Source: Acidimicrobiales bacterium
Lineage (GTDB): Bacteria > Actinomycetota > Acidimicrobiia > Acidimicrobiales > Bog-793
Reading direction: 5' to 3'
Assembly: GCA_050015175.1 (NCBI GenBank)
Contig: JBEKBX010000002.1
Coordinates: 118,614 to 182,613, forward strand
DNA length: 64,000 nucleotides
The notes under the pieces are model-generated. The model was not told the origin of the DNA. It saw nothing but the letters and a program-made list of their open reading frames with translations, and made no database searches. Shown here one piece after another: positions 9,483 to 17,730 of the stretch. The first letter of the stretch is position 1. Each line of letters begins with the position of its first letter. A program made the position numbers and the translations under genes.

Positions 9483-10664
9483 ATGAGGCCCCTTGTCGGA
9501 TCGCTGCTCGTCCGTGGCATCGGGGTGCTGGTCACCAACAAACCCGAGCTCGGATCAGGGCCGCTCGGCGTGATGCGCGATGTCGACCTCGTCGTCGAGG
9601 ACGGCACGGTGGTCTGGATCGGAAGCGCCGGGAGCCCACCGGCAGCCGACGAGGTGCTGGAGGCCGCCGGCCGGTGCGTGGTGCCCGGCTTCGTGGACTC
9701 GCACACGCATCTCGTCTTCGCCGGCGACCGGTCGGAGGAGTTCACGGCGAGGATGGCGGGAACCCGCTACAACGCCGGGGGGATAGCGGCCACCGTCGCA
9801 GCCACGCGGTCGGCCCCTTCGAGCCTGCTCACGGAGACGGCTGCCAGGCTCAAGCGGGAGGCCGAGACTCAGGGCACGACGACTCTCGAGACCAAGTCGG
9901 GTTACGGCCTGACGGTCTACGACGAGTCGCGATGTCTCGAAGTCGCCGGGACGGTCGCAGAGGAGGTCACCTACCTCGGCGCGCACGTCGTGGCACCTGA
10001 GTTCCGCGGGCGGGATGAGGACTACGTCGCACTCGTCACCGGCGCGATGCTCGACGCCTGCGCACCGAAGGCCCGGTGGTGCGACGTCTTCTGCGAGAAG
10101 GGGGCCTTCGGCCCCGAGGCCGCCCGGGAGATCCTGCAGGCCGGCCTTGACCGCGGGCTGGGCCTTCGCGTGCACGCGAACCAGCTGTCTCACGGTGCCG
10201 GCGTCCAGCTCGCCGTCGAGATGGGCGCGGCTTCGGCTGACCACTGCACTCATCTCGACGGGGCGGACGTCGACGCGCTTGCCGGATCAGACACTGTGGC
10301 GACCCTTCTTCCCGGGGCCGAGTTCTCCACGCGCTCGCCGTACCCCGACGCGCGCCGCCTGCTCGACTCCGGCGTGACGGTCGCGCTCGCGACCGACTGC
10401 AACCCAGGAACCAGCTACACGACGAGCATGCCGTTCGTCATCGCCCTCGCCGTGCGCGAGATGCACATGACGCCCGACGAGGCGTTGTTTGCCGCCACCG
10501 CCGGAGGTGCACGTGCCCTTCGGCGTGACGACCTCGGCGTCCTCGCTCCCGGGTTCCGCGGCGACCTCGTCGTGTTGGACGCCCCGAGCGCCGCCCATCT
10601 CGCCTACCGTCCCGGCGTCAACCTCGTCGCCGCCGTGGTCCGCGCGGGCCTGCTGTTGGGATAG
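9483..10664 (+). CDS. hutI: Imidazolonepropionase
   Basis: 393 aa with [27 protein letters not shown] and ATDCNPGTS, collinear with HutI. Confidence 0.9.
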   Translation: MRPLVGSLLVRGIGVLVTNKPELGSGPLGVMRDVDLVVEDGTVVWIGSAGSPPAADEVLEAAGRCVVPGFVDSHTHLVFAGDRSEEFTARMAGTRYNAGGIAATVAATRSAPSSLLTETAARLKREAETQGTTTLETKSGYGLTVYDESRCLEVAGTVAEEVTYLGAHVVAPEFRGRDEDYVALVTGAMLDACAPKARWCDVFCEKGAFGPEAAREILQAGLDRGLGLRVHANQLSHGAGVQLAVEMGAASADHCTHLDGADVDALAGSDTVATLLPGAEFSTRSPYPDARRLLDSGVTVALATDCNPGTSYTTSMPFVIALAVREMHMTPDEALFAATAGGARALRRDDLGVLAPGFRGDLVVLDAPSAAHLAYRPGVNLVAAVVRAGLLLG

Positions 10665-10767
10665 GGGGCAAGCCCCGGTGCACAGCCGGAGGACGGGAGC
10701 GCCGGGCGGCGGGCACCTGCGACCCGATGGGGGGCCGGTGGTCCTCTCGGCTTAAGCTGCGCAGACT

Positions 10768-11370
10768 GTGATCGATGCGGACGAGTCGCGCGCGCCGGCG
10801 CCGCCGGCGGACACCACGGCGTCCGTGCACAAGCGGGGCTGGCGACGCCAGGCGCTCGAATGGGCTCTGGTCGTACTGGTCGCGGTGCTCGTCGCGGGGG
10901 GGCTACGGGCGTTCGTGGTGCAGTCGTTCTACGTGCCCACCGGCTCGATGTTGCCGACGCTTCAGATCGGGGACCGGATACTCGTCGCGAAGATCGGCTA
11001 CACGATCCATCGCGGTGACATCGTCGTGTTCCGTCGTCCGCCGGCAGACACCGACACCGCGGACGCCGATCTCGTGAAACGGGTCATCGGGTTGCCCGGG
11101 GAGACGATCTCGTCGGTTCGGGGCACGGTGCTCATCGACGGGAGGCCCCTTGCCGAGCCTTGGCTGCCGAAACTGGTCGGGTCGTGCGCGGAGACGGCGG
11201 AGAACATCGCGACGACCAGGATCCCTCCCGACCACTACTTCATGATGGGTGACTGCCGCGGGAACTCCCTCGACAGCCGGGCCTGGGGAACCTTGCCGGC
11301 CTCGTACATCGTCGGGAAGGTCGAGGTCATCATTTGGCGCTTCGGCCATCCCTACCTCCACTTCTTCTGA
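10768..11370 (+). CDS. lepB: Signal peptidase I
   Basis: 200 aa with a GTG start, a TM anchor, the catalytic Ser box PTGSMLPTL, KRVIGLPGE and GDCRGNSLDSR. Confidence 0.9.
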   Translation: MIDADESRAPAPPADTTASVHKRGWRRQALEWALVVLVAVLVAGGLRAFVVQSFYVPTGSMLPTLQIGDRILVAKIGYTIHRGDIVVFRRPPADTDTADADLVKRVIGLPGETISSVRGTVLIDGRPLAEPWLPKLVGSCAETAENIATTRIPPDHYFMMGDCRGNSLDSRAWGTLPASYIVGKVEVIIWRFGHPYLHFF

Positions 11371-11470
11371 GGCATTTCATCTCAAGGTCCGCGATCACCG
11401 GCCTCGTCCCGCAAAGCCCTTTCGCTCGGGTCGTCCTGGTCGTAGCGTGTGTGTCGGGTCCTCGGGTGTA

Positions 11471-11600
11471 AGCCCTTATCCAAGAGCCGGGCTCGAGGGT
11501 GAAAACCGGTCACGCTGGCAGGTCTTCAGACCGCAGGTGTCGTTCCCTCCCTGGGACGCTCCCGAGGGCCCGCTCAAGACAGTGACACCCCCGGAGGGCT
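11471..11600 (+). promoter_or_regulatory. Candidate c-di-AMP (ydaO/yuaA-class) riboswitch in the leader of the CHAP hydrolase gene
   Basis: A closing stem pairs AGCCCU (11471-11476) with AGGGCU (11595-11600). Inside, in the ydaO order, lie UAUCC, GAGCCGGG, GGGUGAAAAC, the hairpin GGUC-UUCA-GACC (11521-11532), and CCCGAGGGCCCG...GACAGUGAC...CCGGAGGGC. These resemble the conserved AAUCC, GGGGUGAAUC and CCCG..CCCGACAGCUAAC..CCGGAGGC blocks I recall. The comparison was by eye only. Confidence 0.45.
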
Positions 11601-11621
11601 ATGGCGCGCAAGAGTTGATGG

Positions 11622-12401
11622 GTGCCGGCGAGCCCCGACCTGCCGTGGCCGTCGGCCATTCGGGAGCAGGACGTGCCCGCGGCGCTGAGCCCGTCGGGCC
11701 AGCGGCGCGATCGTGTCGTCGCGATCGCCCGCCGGCGCCGGGCACGCGCGGCCGCGGTACGCAGGAGACGCCTCGTGCTCGCGCTCGTAGCAGTCGTCGC
11801 GCTTGTCACCGCGACGGTCCTTTTCACCGGCAAGGCCGGGTCGAAGCTGTCCCCGCAACGCGCCCTGATCGTCGCGCTCGCCACCAGCCAGCTCGGCTAC
11901 AAGACCGATCCGCCGGACACCTACTGCAACCGCTTCAGTGCCTACTGGCACGCCGGGGCCACCGATTGCCCCAGTTCGAACCGGGACGAGCAATGGTGCG
12001 CCGACTTTGCCGCGTGGGTCTGGCGACAGGCCGGTGTCCGCTTCGTCTACGGCCTTGGCCCGGACGACCTGAACGCCGCCTCGGTGAGCTTCTATGTGTG
12101 GGGGGTCGCGCACCACACCTGGCACCCGGTCGGTTCGGGGTATGTGCCCCAACCCGGGGACGTCGCGGTCTACGGGCTCGACACCCAGACCCTGCAGGCC
12201 CAGCACGTGGCTGTCGTCACCGGCTACTCACCGGGCGCGAGAGGCCCGGACGTCGTGAACGGTGACGGCGAGCGGACCGGCTTCAGCGTCGTCGAGTCGG
12301 GCAGCGACCAGTACAAGTCCGATATCACGGGCAACGGCGGACAGCTCGCGGGCTATGTCTCGCCTCCTCCCGTGCCCGTGTCCCATCGCCGCCGGGAATG
12401 A
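11622..12401 (+). CDS. Membrane-anchored CHAP-domain peptidoglycan amidase/peptidase
   Basis: 259 aa with a GTG start (position uncertain), an Arg-rich segment and a TM helix. The CHAP domain has the catalytic Cys context EQWCADFAAWVW and the His context QAQHVAVVTG. Confidence 0.7.
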   Translation: MPASPDLPWPSAIREQDVPAALSPSGQRRDRVVAIARRRRARAAAVRRRRLVLALVAVVALVTATVLFTGKAGSKLSPQRALIVALATSQLGYKTDPPDTYCNRFSAYWHAGATDCPSSNRDEQWCADFAAWVWRQAGVRFVYGLGPDDLNAASVSFYVWGVAHHTWHPVGSGYVPQPGDVAVYGLDTQTLQAQHVAVVTGYSPGARGPDVVNGDGERTGFSVVESGSDQYKSDITGNGGQLAGYVSPPPVPVSHRRRE

Positions 12402-12440
12402 GTCGCCCGACGGGTTGATAGGGATCGGACGGCACCGCGG

Positions 12441-14327
12441 TCAGAGAATCCGCTTGCCCGTCTCCGAGGTGTCGTGGCCGCCAAGAGCTCGTAGCGAAGC
12501 CCGGAAGTCTCTCGAGGACAGGAGCTCGAAGAACGGGGCGAGCAGTGGCTCCTCGAGCGAGGAGGCGTTGAGCACGAGATCGAACGGCTCACGCCTGACA
12601 GGGACAAAGCCGAGCCCGAACGCACGGGCGGCCGTGAGCACGCCGAGCGCGCAATCAGCGCGTCCCGCAGCAACCGAGGCGGCGACCGCCAGATGCGTCC
12701 GTCCCTCCCGTTGGTAGCCGAGGATCGACCCCGGCGCGATGCCCGAGCGAGCAAGCTCGTAGTCGAGAAGGGCGCGTGTGCCCGAGCCTGGCTGGCGGTT
12801 CACGTACCGGAGCCCGTCGCGCACCAGGTCCTCGACGCCGCGTAGGCCGAGCGGGTTGCCGGGCGCGACGATGAGGCCCTGTTCCCGAACGGCGAGGCGC
12901 ACAACGGCGATGTCGCGCCCCGGGAGCACCCGATCCAGGTAGGCAAGGGTGTACTCGCCCGACTCGGGGTCGAGCAGATGTGATCCGGCGAGATGGCAGA
13001 GCCCGTCGCGCAGCGCCATGAGACCATCCAGCGAGCCGACCTCGGTTAGCGCAAGTGTCAGCCGCGCGTCTCTGCTGCGCAGGCAGGAGGCCGCGAGGTC
13101 CAGCGCCGCGTCACCCGAGCCGACCACCACGATGGTGCTCTCGATTGCGGCAGCCTGTCTGAGGAGCCGGACCTCCACCTCGGCGCCCGCTTCAGGGCCC
13201 TCCTCACCCGCAGGTATCCGCAGGAGCCCGTCGGCTCTCACTAGCGAGGTGAGCACGCCCGCGCCGCGAGCAAGCGGTGTCGCCACGAGCCGGCCGCCGA
13301 CCCGGCCCAGACGGACCCGCACCCACTCGTCCACGTCCAGGGGTGAGGCGATCGTGCGGGCGACCCGCGCACCGGCAGTCGGACGCGCTCTTTCCACCGT
13401 GCCCTCGAGCCGCGCGAGCAATGGCGCCGCGAACAGCTCGAAACTCAGCGCTGCCGATACCGGATATCCGGGCGCTCCCAGCACCGGTGTGGAGCCGATC
13501 GCACCGAGGACGACAGGGTGCCCTGGCCTGACGGCCACACCGTGCACGGCGAGAAGACCAAGACGCTCGATCACCTCCACCGTGTAGTCGTCGCGACCAG
13601 CGCTCGCTCCGGCGATGACCACCAGCAGGTCGCACGCCCCCGCGGCCTCGAGAGCCGCACGGCCGATGCCGTCGGGGTCGTCGGGCTCGATCGGGAGCAC
13701 GATCGCCTCACAGCCGATCTCGTTTGCCAGTGCGGCGAGCATGAGCGAGTTCGTGTCGTAGAGCTGGCCCCCTGTGATGTCGGAGCCGATGGGTCGTATC
13801 TCGTCGCCGGTCGGCAGCACTGCCACGACAGGCTTGCGCCGCACCGGTACCTCGGTGACGCCGGCGGCGCCGCAGGCGGCGACGTCGGCGGCGCGCAATC
13901 GGTGACCCTCGAAAAGGAGGAGCTCACCCGCTACGACGTCCTCGCCGATCGACCTCACGTTCTCGTAGGGCATGACGGCGGCCCGGAGCTCGGCGCATCC
14001 ACCCGTGAACCCGACGTGCTCGCGCATCACCACGGCGTCGAAAGGGTCGGGAAGGGGATCCCCGGTGTCGACGACCTCGTAGGAGCCCGGGGGGATCAGA
14101 ACCGGTGCAGACTGACTGGCATCGGTCGTGTCCGATGCCAGCACGGCGATGCCGTCCATTGCCGAAGCCTCGAAGGGGGGCGACGACCGCAGGGCCCAGA
14201 CCGTTCGAGCCGTGACCCGGCCGACAGCCTCGGCAAGAGGAACCAGCACCTCTTCAACTCTTTCGGGGCACGACGCGTTCGCGCACACGCGCTGCCAGAC
14301 TTCGAGCGCTTCGGCTACTTGAGTCAT
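12441..14327 (-). CDS. moeA: Molybdopterin molybdotransferase MoeA fused to a periplasmic-binding-protein-like C-terminal domain
   Basis: Track ORF trimmed to the ATG at 14327 (628 aa). The MoeA core has SPPFEASAMDGIAV and TGDEIRP. The C-terminal ~200 aa are PBP/LysR-substrate-like. ATGA overlap with mobA (14324-14327). Confidence 0.85.
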   Translation of the reverse strand: MTQVAEALEVWQRVCANASCPERVEEVLVPLAEAVGRVTARTVWALRSSPPFEASAMDGIAVLASDTTDASQSAPVLIPPGSYEVVDTGDPLPDPFDAVVMREHVGFTGGCAELRAAVMPYENVRSIGEDVVAGELLLFEGHRLRAADVAACGAAGVTEVPVRRKPVVAVLPTGDEIRPIGSDITGGQLYDTNSLMLAALANEIGCEAIVLPIEPDDPDGIGRAALEAAGACDLLVVIAGASAGRDDYTVEVIERLGLLAVHGVAVRPGHPVVLGAIGSTPVLGAPGYPVSAALSFELFAAPLLARLEGTVERARPTAGARVARTIASPLDVDEWVRVRLGRVGGRLVATPLARGAGVLTSLVRADGLLRIPAGEEGPEAGAEVEVRLLRQAAAIESTIVVVGSGDAALDLAASCLRSRDARLTLALTEVGSLDGLMALRDGLCHLAGSHLLDPESGEYTLAYLDRVLPGRDIAVVRLAVREQGLIVAPGNPLGLRGVEDLVRDGLRYVNRQPGSGTRALLDYELARSGIAPGSILGYQREGRTHLAVAASVAAGRADCALGVLTAARAFGLGFVPVRREPFDLVLNASSLEEPLLAPFFELLSSRDFRASLRALGGHDTSETGKRIL

Positions 14328-15214
14328 GTGCGTTTCTCCGCGCCGAAAAACGAGACCACGTCCCCTTCGGCGAGGGGTTCCTCTGGGTCCTGGCTGACCC
14401 GGGCCCCGTTCAACGTCGCGACGAGATGAGAGCCGAGCGCCCCACCGATTGCCGCGGCGGCGGCTCCGAGCGTCGCCGCCCGGACCGTGACCGTCTCGGG
14501 AAGACCGGCACGGATGACGGTGCCGGACCCTGTCCAGGCACCCGGAATGGCCCCTCGTCCGGGCCACTCGACGCGGACCGCGGGAGCGGGGCGAACCACC
14601 GCGTCCTGGTACTCACGGCGATCGTTCAGGTTCGTCACCGACTCGAGTCCCGGGTCGAAACGTGCCAGGTCCCCGTCTGCGAGCAGGGCCGTCTCGTCGA
14701 GCTCGCTCCAGTGACACGCGTCGAGCAGGGACGAGACCGAGAGCCGATCGGAGTCCAAGAGGCTCCGGACGGCGGGCGCCAGGCTGACCCGATAAGCGGA
14801 CGAGAGCGGCTGACGGAACCCGCGGACGAAAGGGACGCACGCGTCGGCACCGTCGCCGAGCCCGCTCACGACGCGCCGGACGAAGGCCGGATGGAGAAAG
14901 GGAACGTCCGCCGACGACACGTACGCGATCTCGCCACGACCCGCCAGCGCCTCCAGACCGGTGCGGAGACCGCCGAGCGGACCTCGGCCTTCCTCGAGAT
15001 CGTCGAGCACCTCGAAGACGTCCGGCAGCGAGGGGAGCGACTGGCCCCGGGAACGGACGAGCACGACAGGACCCCCCACGCCACGGGCGACGATCCCCGC
15101 GATGCGACGCACGAGCGTGGAACCGTGCCACTCGAGGCTGGGCTTGGGAGATCCCATCCGCGACGAGCGACCCCCGACAAGGACGATTCCGGCACTGCGG
15201 TTCAGGTGAGACAA
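14324..15214 (-). CDS. mobA: Molybdenum cofactor guanylyltransferase MobA with a ~90-aa C-terminal beta-grasp-like extension
   Basis: 296 aa with N-terminal IVLVGGRSSRMGSPK (the LAGGxxxRMG type). The C-terminal part (TVTVRAATLG...LVATLNGARVSQDPEEPLAEGDVVSFFG) looks MoaD/ThiS-like but lacks a terminal Gly-Gly. Confidence 0.8.
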   Translation of the reverse strand: MSHLNRSAGIVLVGGRSSRMGSPKPSLEWHGSTLVRRIAGIVARGVGGPVVLVRSRGQSLPSLPDVFEVLDDLEEGRGPLGGLRTGLEALAGRGEIAYVSSADVPFLHPAFVRRVVSGLGDGADACVPFVRGFRQPLSSAYRVSLAPAVRSLLDSDRLSVSSLLDACHWSELDETALLADGDLARFDPGLESVTNLNDRREYQDAVVRPAPAVRVEWPGRGAIPGAWTGSGTVIRAGLPETVTVRAATLGAAAAAIGGALGSHLVATLNGARVSQDPEEPLAEGDVVSFFGAEKRT

Positions 15215-15262
15215 GGTCCCCTCGGGTCCAGCGCCGCCGCTTTGCCCTCAGCGGGTGCATGT

Positions 15263-15514
15263 TCAATCGGTGGCGTGCGTATCTCCTGGCTCCGTGAGCT
15301 CGTCGGCGAGGCGCCGGGCGATCGCGAGGGCGTCGAGTATCGAGACCCCCGAGCGCGCCGCGAGGTAGCAAGTGACGGGCGCCGCCTTACGCTCGGACGC
15401 GTGCGCACTGATTCCCGCGAGCGCGAGGAGGTTCTCGACGTCCTCGTCGGTGATGGGCGGCGCCCCCAACTCTGCTGCGTAACGATCCAACCAACCACGG
15501 GTGTCGAGTGCCAT
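15263..15514 (-). CDS. Small DUF6457-like protein commonly adjacent to mobA
   Basis: Track ORF 15263..15691 trimmed to the ATG at 15514 (83 aa; MALDTRGWLDRYAAELGAPPITDEDVENLLALAGISAH). The family call is from memory of mobA neighbourhoods. Confidence 0.5.
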   Translation of the reverse strand: MALDTRGWLDRYAAELGAPPITDEDVENLLALAGISAHASERKAAPVTCYLAARSGVSILDALAIARRLADELTEPGDTHATD

Positions 15515-17648
15515 GGGTGCCGAGCGTAGCGAGACCGCGCGCGTTCCGCCCTCGGCGCGGGTCGTGAGGGTGCCTCTCGCGATGGGCAAGAGCCCGAGCG
15601 CCGTCCTGCGGGCCGCTGGCGGCGATTCCCGGCCGTTCGCGCTCTTCGGCTCGTGGTCGGGCGGGCGTGCGCTGGTCGGCTCCGACCCCATCCTCGTCGT
15701 CGAGGACGCTCATGACCCCTTCGCCCTGCTCGACGTGCAACCCGAGATCGCCGCCGTCATGCCCGGCGCGACTGGGGGTGGTTGGGTCGGGTACCTCGGT
15801 TACGGCCTCGGACGACTCGTCGAACGGCTCCCCCCCCAGCCTCCGCGTCCCGTACCGGTGGCAAGCTCGATACTCGGCTTCTACGACCACTTGGTTGTGT
15901 GTGACGACTCGGGCAATTGGTGGTTCGAAGCCCTCTGGTCCGACGAGCAGTCGGAACGGCTTGAGTCACGCCTCAAGGAATGGCGACGCCGCGCCGGTGA
16001 GCCTGAGGCAGTGCCCGGCAGGCACGAATGCGGGACCTTTGCCTTGAGGCCAGTGGCTGAGAAACATCTTGTTTCGGTGTCGCGTGCGATCGAGCACATC
16101 CGTTCGGGCGACGTGTTCCAGGTCAACGTCTGTGCTCGGCTCGAGGCCGGGTTCTCCGGCGACCCGCTCGAGCTCTTCTGCACCGGTGCGGACCGTCTGG
16201 CACCCCGCTATGGCGCTTTCCTGGGGCACCCTTCGATCGCGGTTGCGAGCTTCTCGCCTGAGCTGTTTCTCGAGCGTACGGGCCGCGCAGTGCGCAGCTC
16301 GCCCATCAAGGGAACGGTCCGACGTCAGCCTTGGTCCGCGGGCGAGCGTGAGCAGTTGCTCGGCTCGGGCAAGGACAGGGCGGAGAACCTGATGATCGTC
16401 GATCTCGTGCGCAACGATTTCGGGCGCGTATGCCGCTACGGAAGCGTCGCAGTGCCAGAGCTGTGGAGGGCTGAGGAGCACCCGGGCGTATGGCATCTCG
16501 TTTCTGACGTGACAGGCGAGCTGTGCGACGGCGTGCCCGACTCGGAGCTGCTGCGGGCCACATTTCCTCCAGGTTCTGTCACGGGCGCGCCGAAGGTCCG
16601 GGCGATGGAGCTCATAAGCGTGCTGGAGGGAACCGCTCGCGAGGTCTATACCGGCGCGGTCGGGATCGCGAGCCCCCTGACAGGTCTCGAGCTGAACGTC
16701 GCGATCCGCACGTTCGAACTCTCAGGCGGGCAGGCCTGGCTCGGTATCGGGGGCGGCGTCGTGGCCGACTCGGACCCCGATCGCGAGTTAGAGGAATGCT
16801 TCGACAAGGCGCGGCCGTTGCTAGAGGCTGTCGGAGCTGATCTCGGGCCCGTCTGGCCGCGTGGTGCGACGAGTGCGCCGCCGGCCGTGTGGGCACAAGA
16901 GGCCCCGATTCATGTCGATCCCGCGGCGGGTGTTTTCGAGACGATTCTCGTCATCGACGGCAGGCCCGTGGAACTCGAGTCGCACCTCGGTCGGCTGGCC
17001 GCGAGCGTCTCGGGCCTTTACCGATCCCGGATCTCGACCCGCCTCGGCACACAGGTGACGGAGACCGCTCGCGGCAGGCCAGGTGCCCAGCGCCTCCGCG
17101 TCCGCGTATACCCCTCGTCGACAGGGGGTCTGGGCACCGAGATCTCCGTACTGGCGGCCCCGGAGGCGTTCTCCGGCTCGTGCGGATCTCTTGCTGCCCT
17201 GGTCCCGTCCGTCGTCGAGAACGGCCTCGGCGGGCACAAGTGGCACGATCGCAGCCTTCTGACGGGTCTACGCGAATCGCTCGGTCTCTCGCGGCACGAG
17301 CAGCTCCTCATCGTCGATGTGGACGGTGCCGTGCTCGAGACCGAGCGCGCCAACGTCTTCGCGGTCTTAGGGGGTGTCGTCCGAACGCCACCGGCCGACG
17401 GGCGCATCCTCGCGGGGACGACTCGTGAGGTTGTGATCCGCCTCGCGACGCTCGAGGGACTCGAGGTGTCGGACGACCCCATCGCGCTCGGCGAGCTCGA
17501 ATCGGCGGAGGAGGTCTTCGTGACCAGCTCGATCCGAGGCCTTTGCGGGGTCGACGAGCTGACCGGGAGCCGGTCCTTCGAGGCCGGCCCGATCGGTGCG
17601 CGGCTCGCGAAGGCCCTTTGGGCGTGGTGGAACGGCGTTGTCCACTAG
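15501..17648 (+). CDS. pabB: Aminodeoxychorismate synthase component I fused to aminodeoxychorismate lyase (PabB-PabC)
   Basis: 715 aa. The chorismate-binding core has SPELFL, PPGSVTGAPK and AIRT. The C-terminal ~250 aa are a class IV aminotransferase fold (GVFETILVIDGRPVELESHLGRL, ANVF). The start is uncertain: GTG 15501, ATG 15513 or ATG 15582. Confidence 0.85.
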   Translation: MSSAMGAERSETARVPPSARVVRVPLAMGKSPSAVLRAAGGDSRPFALFGSWSGGRALVGSDPILVVEDAHDPFALLDVQPEIAAVMPGATGGGWVGYLGYGLGRLVERLPPQPPRPVPVASSILGFYDHLVVCDDSGNWWFEALWSDEQSERLESRLKEWRRRAGEPEAVPGRHECGTFALRPVAEKHLVSVSRAIEHIRSGDVFQVNVCARLEAGFSGDPLELFCTGADRLAPRYGAFLGHPSIAVASFSPELFLERTGRAVRSSPIKGTVRRQPWSAGEREQLLGSGKDRAENLMIVDLVRNDFGRVCRYGSVAVPELWRAEEHPGVWHLVSDVTGELCDGVPDSELLRATFPPGSVTGAPKVRAMELISVLEGTAREVYTGAVGIASPLTGLELNVAIRTFELSGGQAWLGIGGGVVADSDPDRELEECFDKARPLLEAVGADLGPVWPRGATSAPPAVWAQEAPIHVDPAAGVFETILVIDGRPVELESHLGRLAASVSGLYRSRISTRLGTQVTETARGRPGAQRLRVRVYPSSTGGLGTEISVLAAPEAFSGSCGSLAALVPSVVENGLGGHKWHDRSLLTGLRESLGLSRHEQLLIVDVDGAVLETERANVFAVLGGVVRTPPADGRILAGTTREVVIRLATLEGLEVSDDPIALGELESAEEVFVTSSIRGLCGVDELTGSRSFEAGPIGARLAKALWAWWNGVVH

Positions 17649-17730
17649 CGCACGAGCATTTCTCCCGAGGTTGCGCGCGACCGTTGACGCCAGCTTGGCA
17701 GCGCCAACCACAGCGGTGTACAACTCTGCC

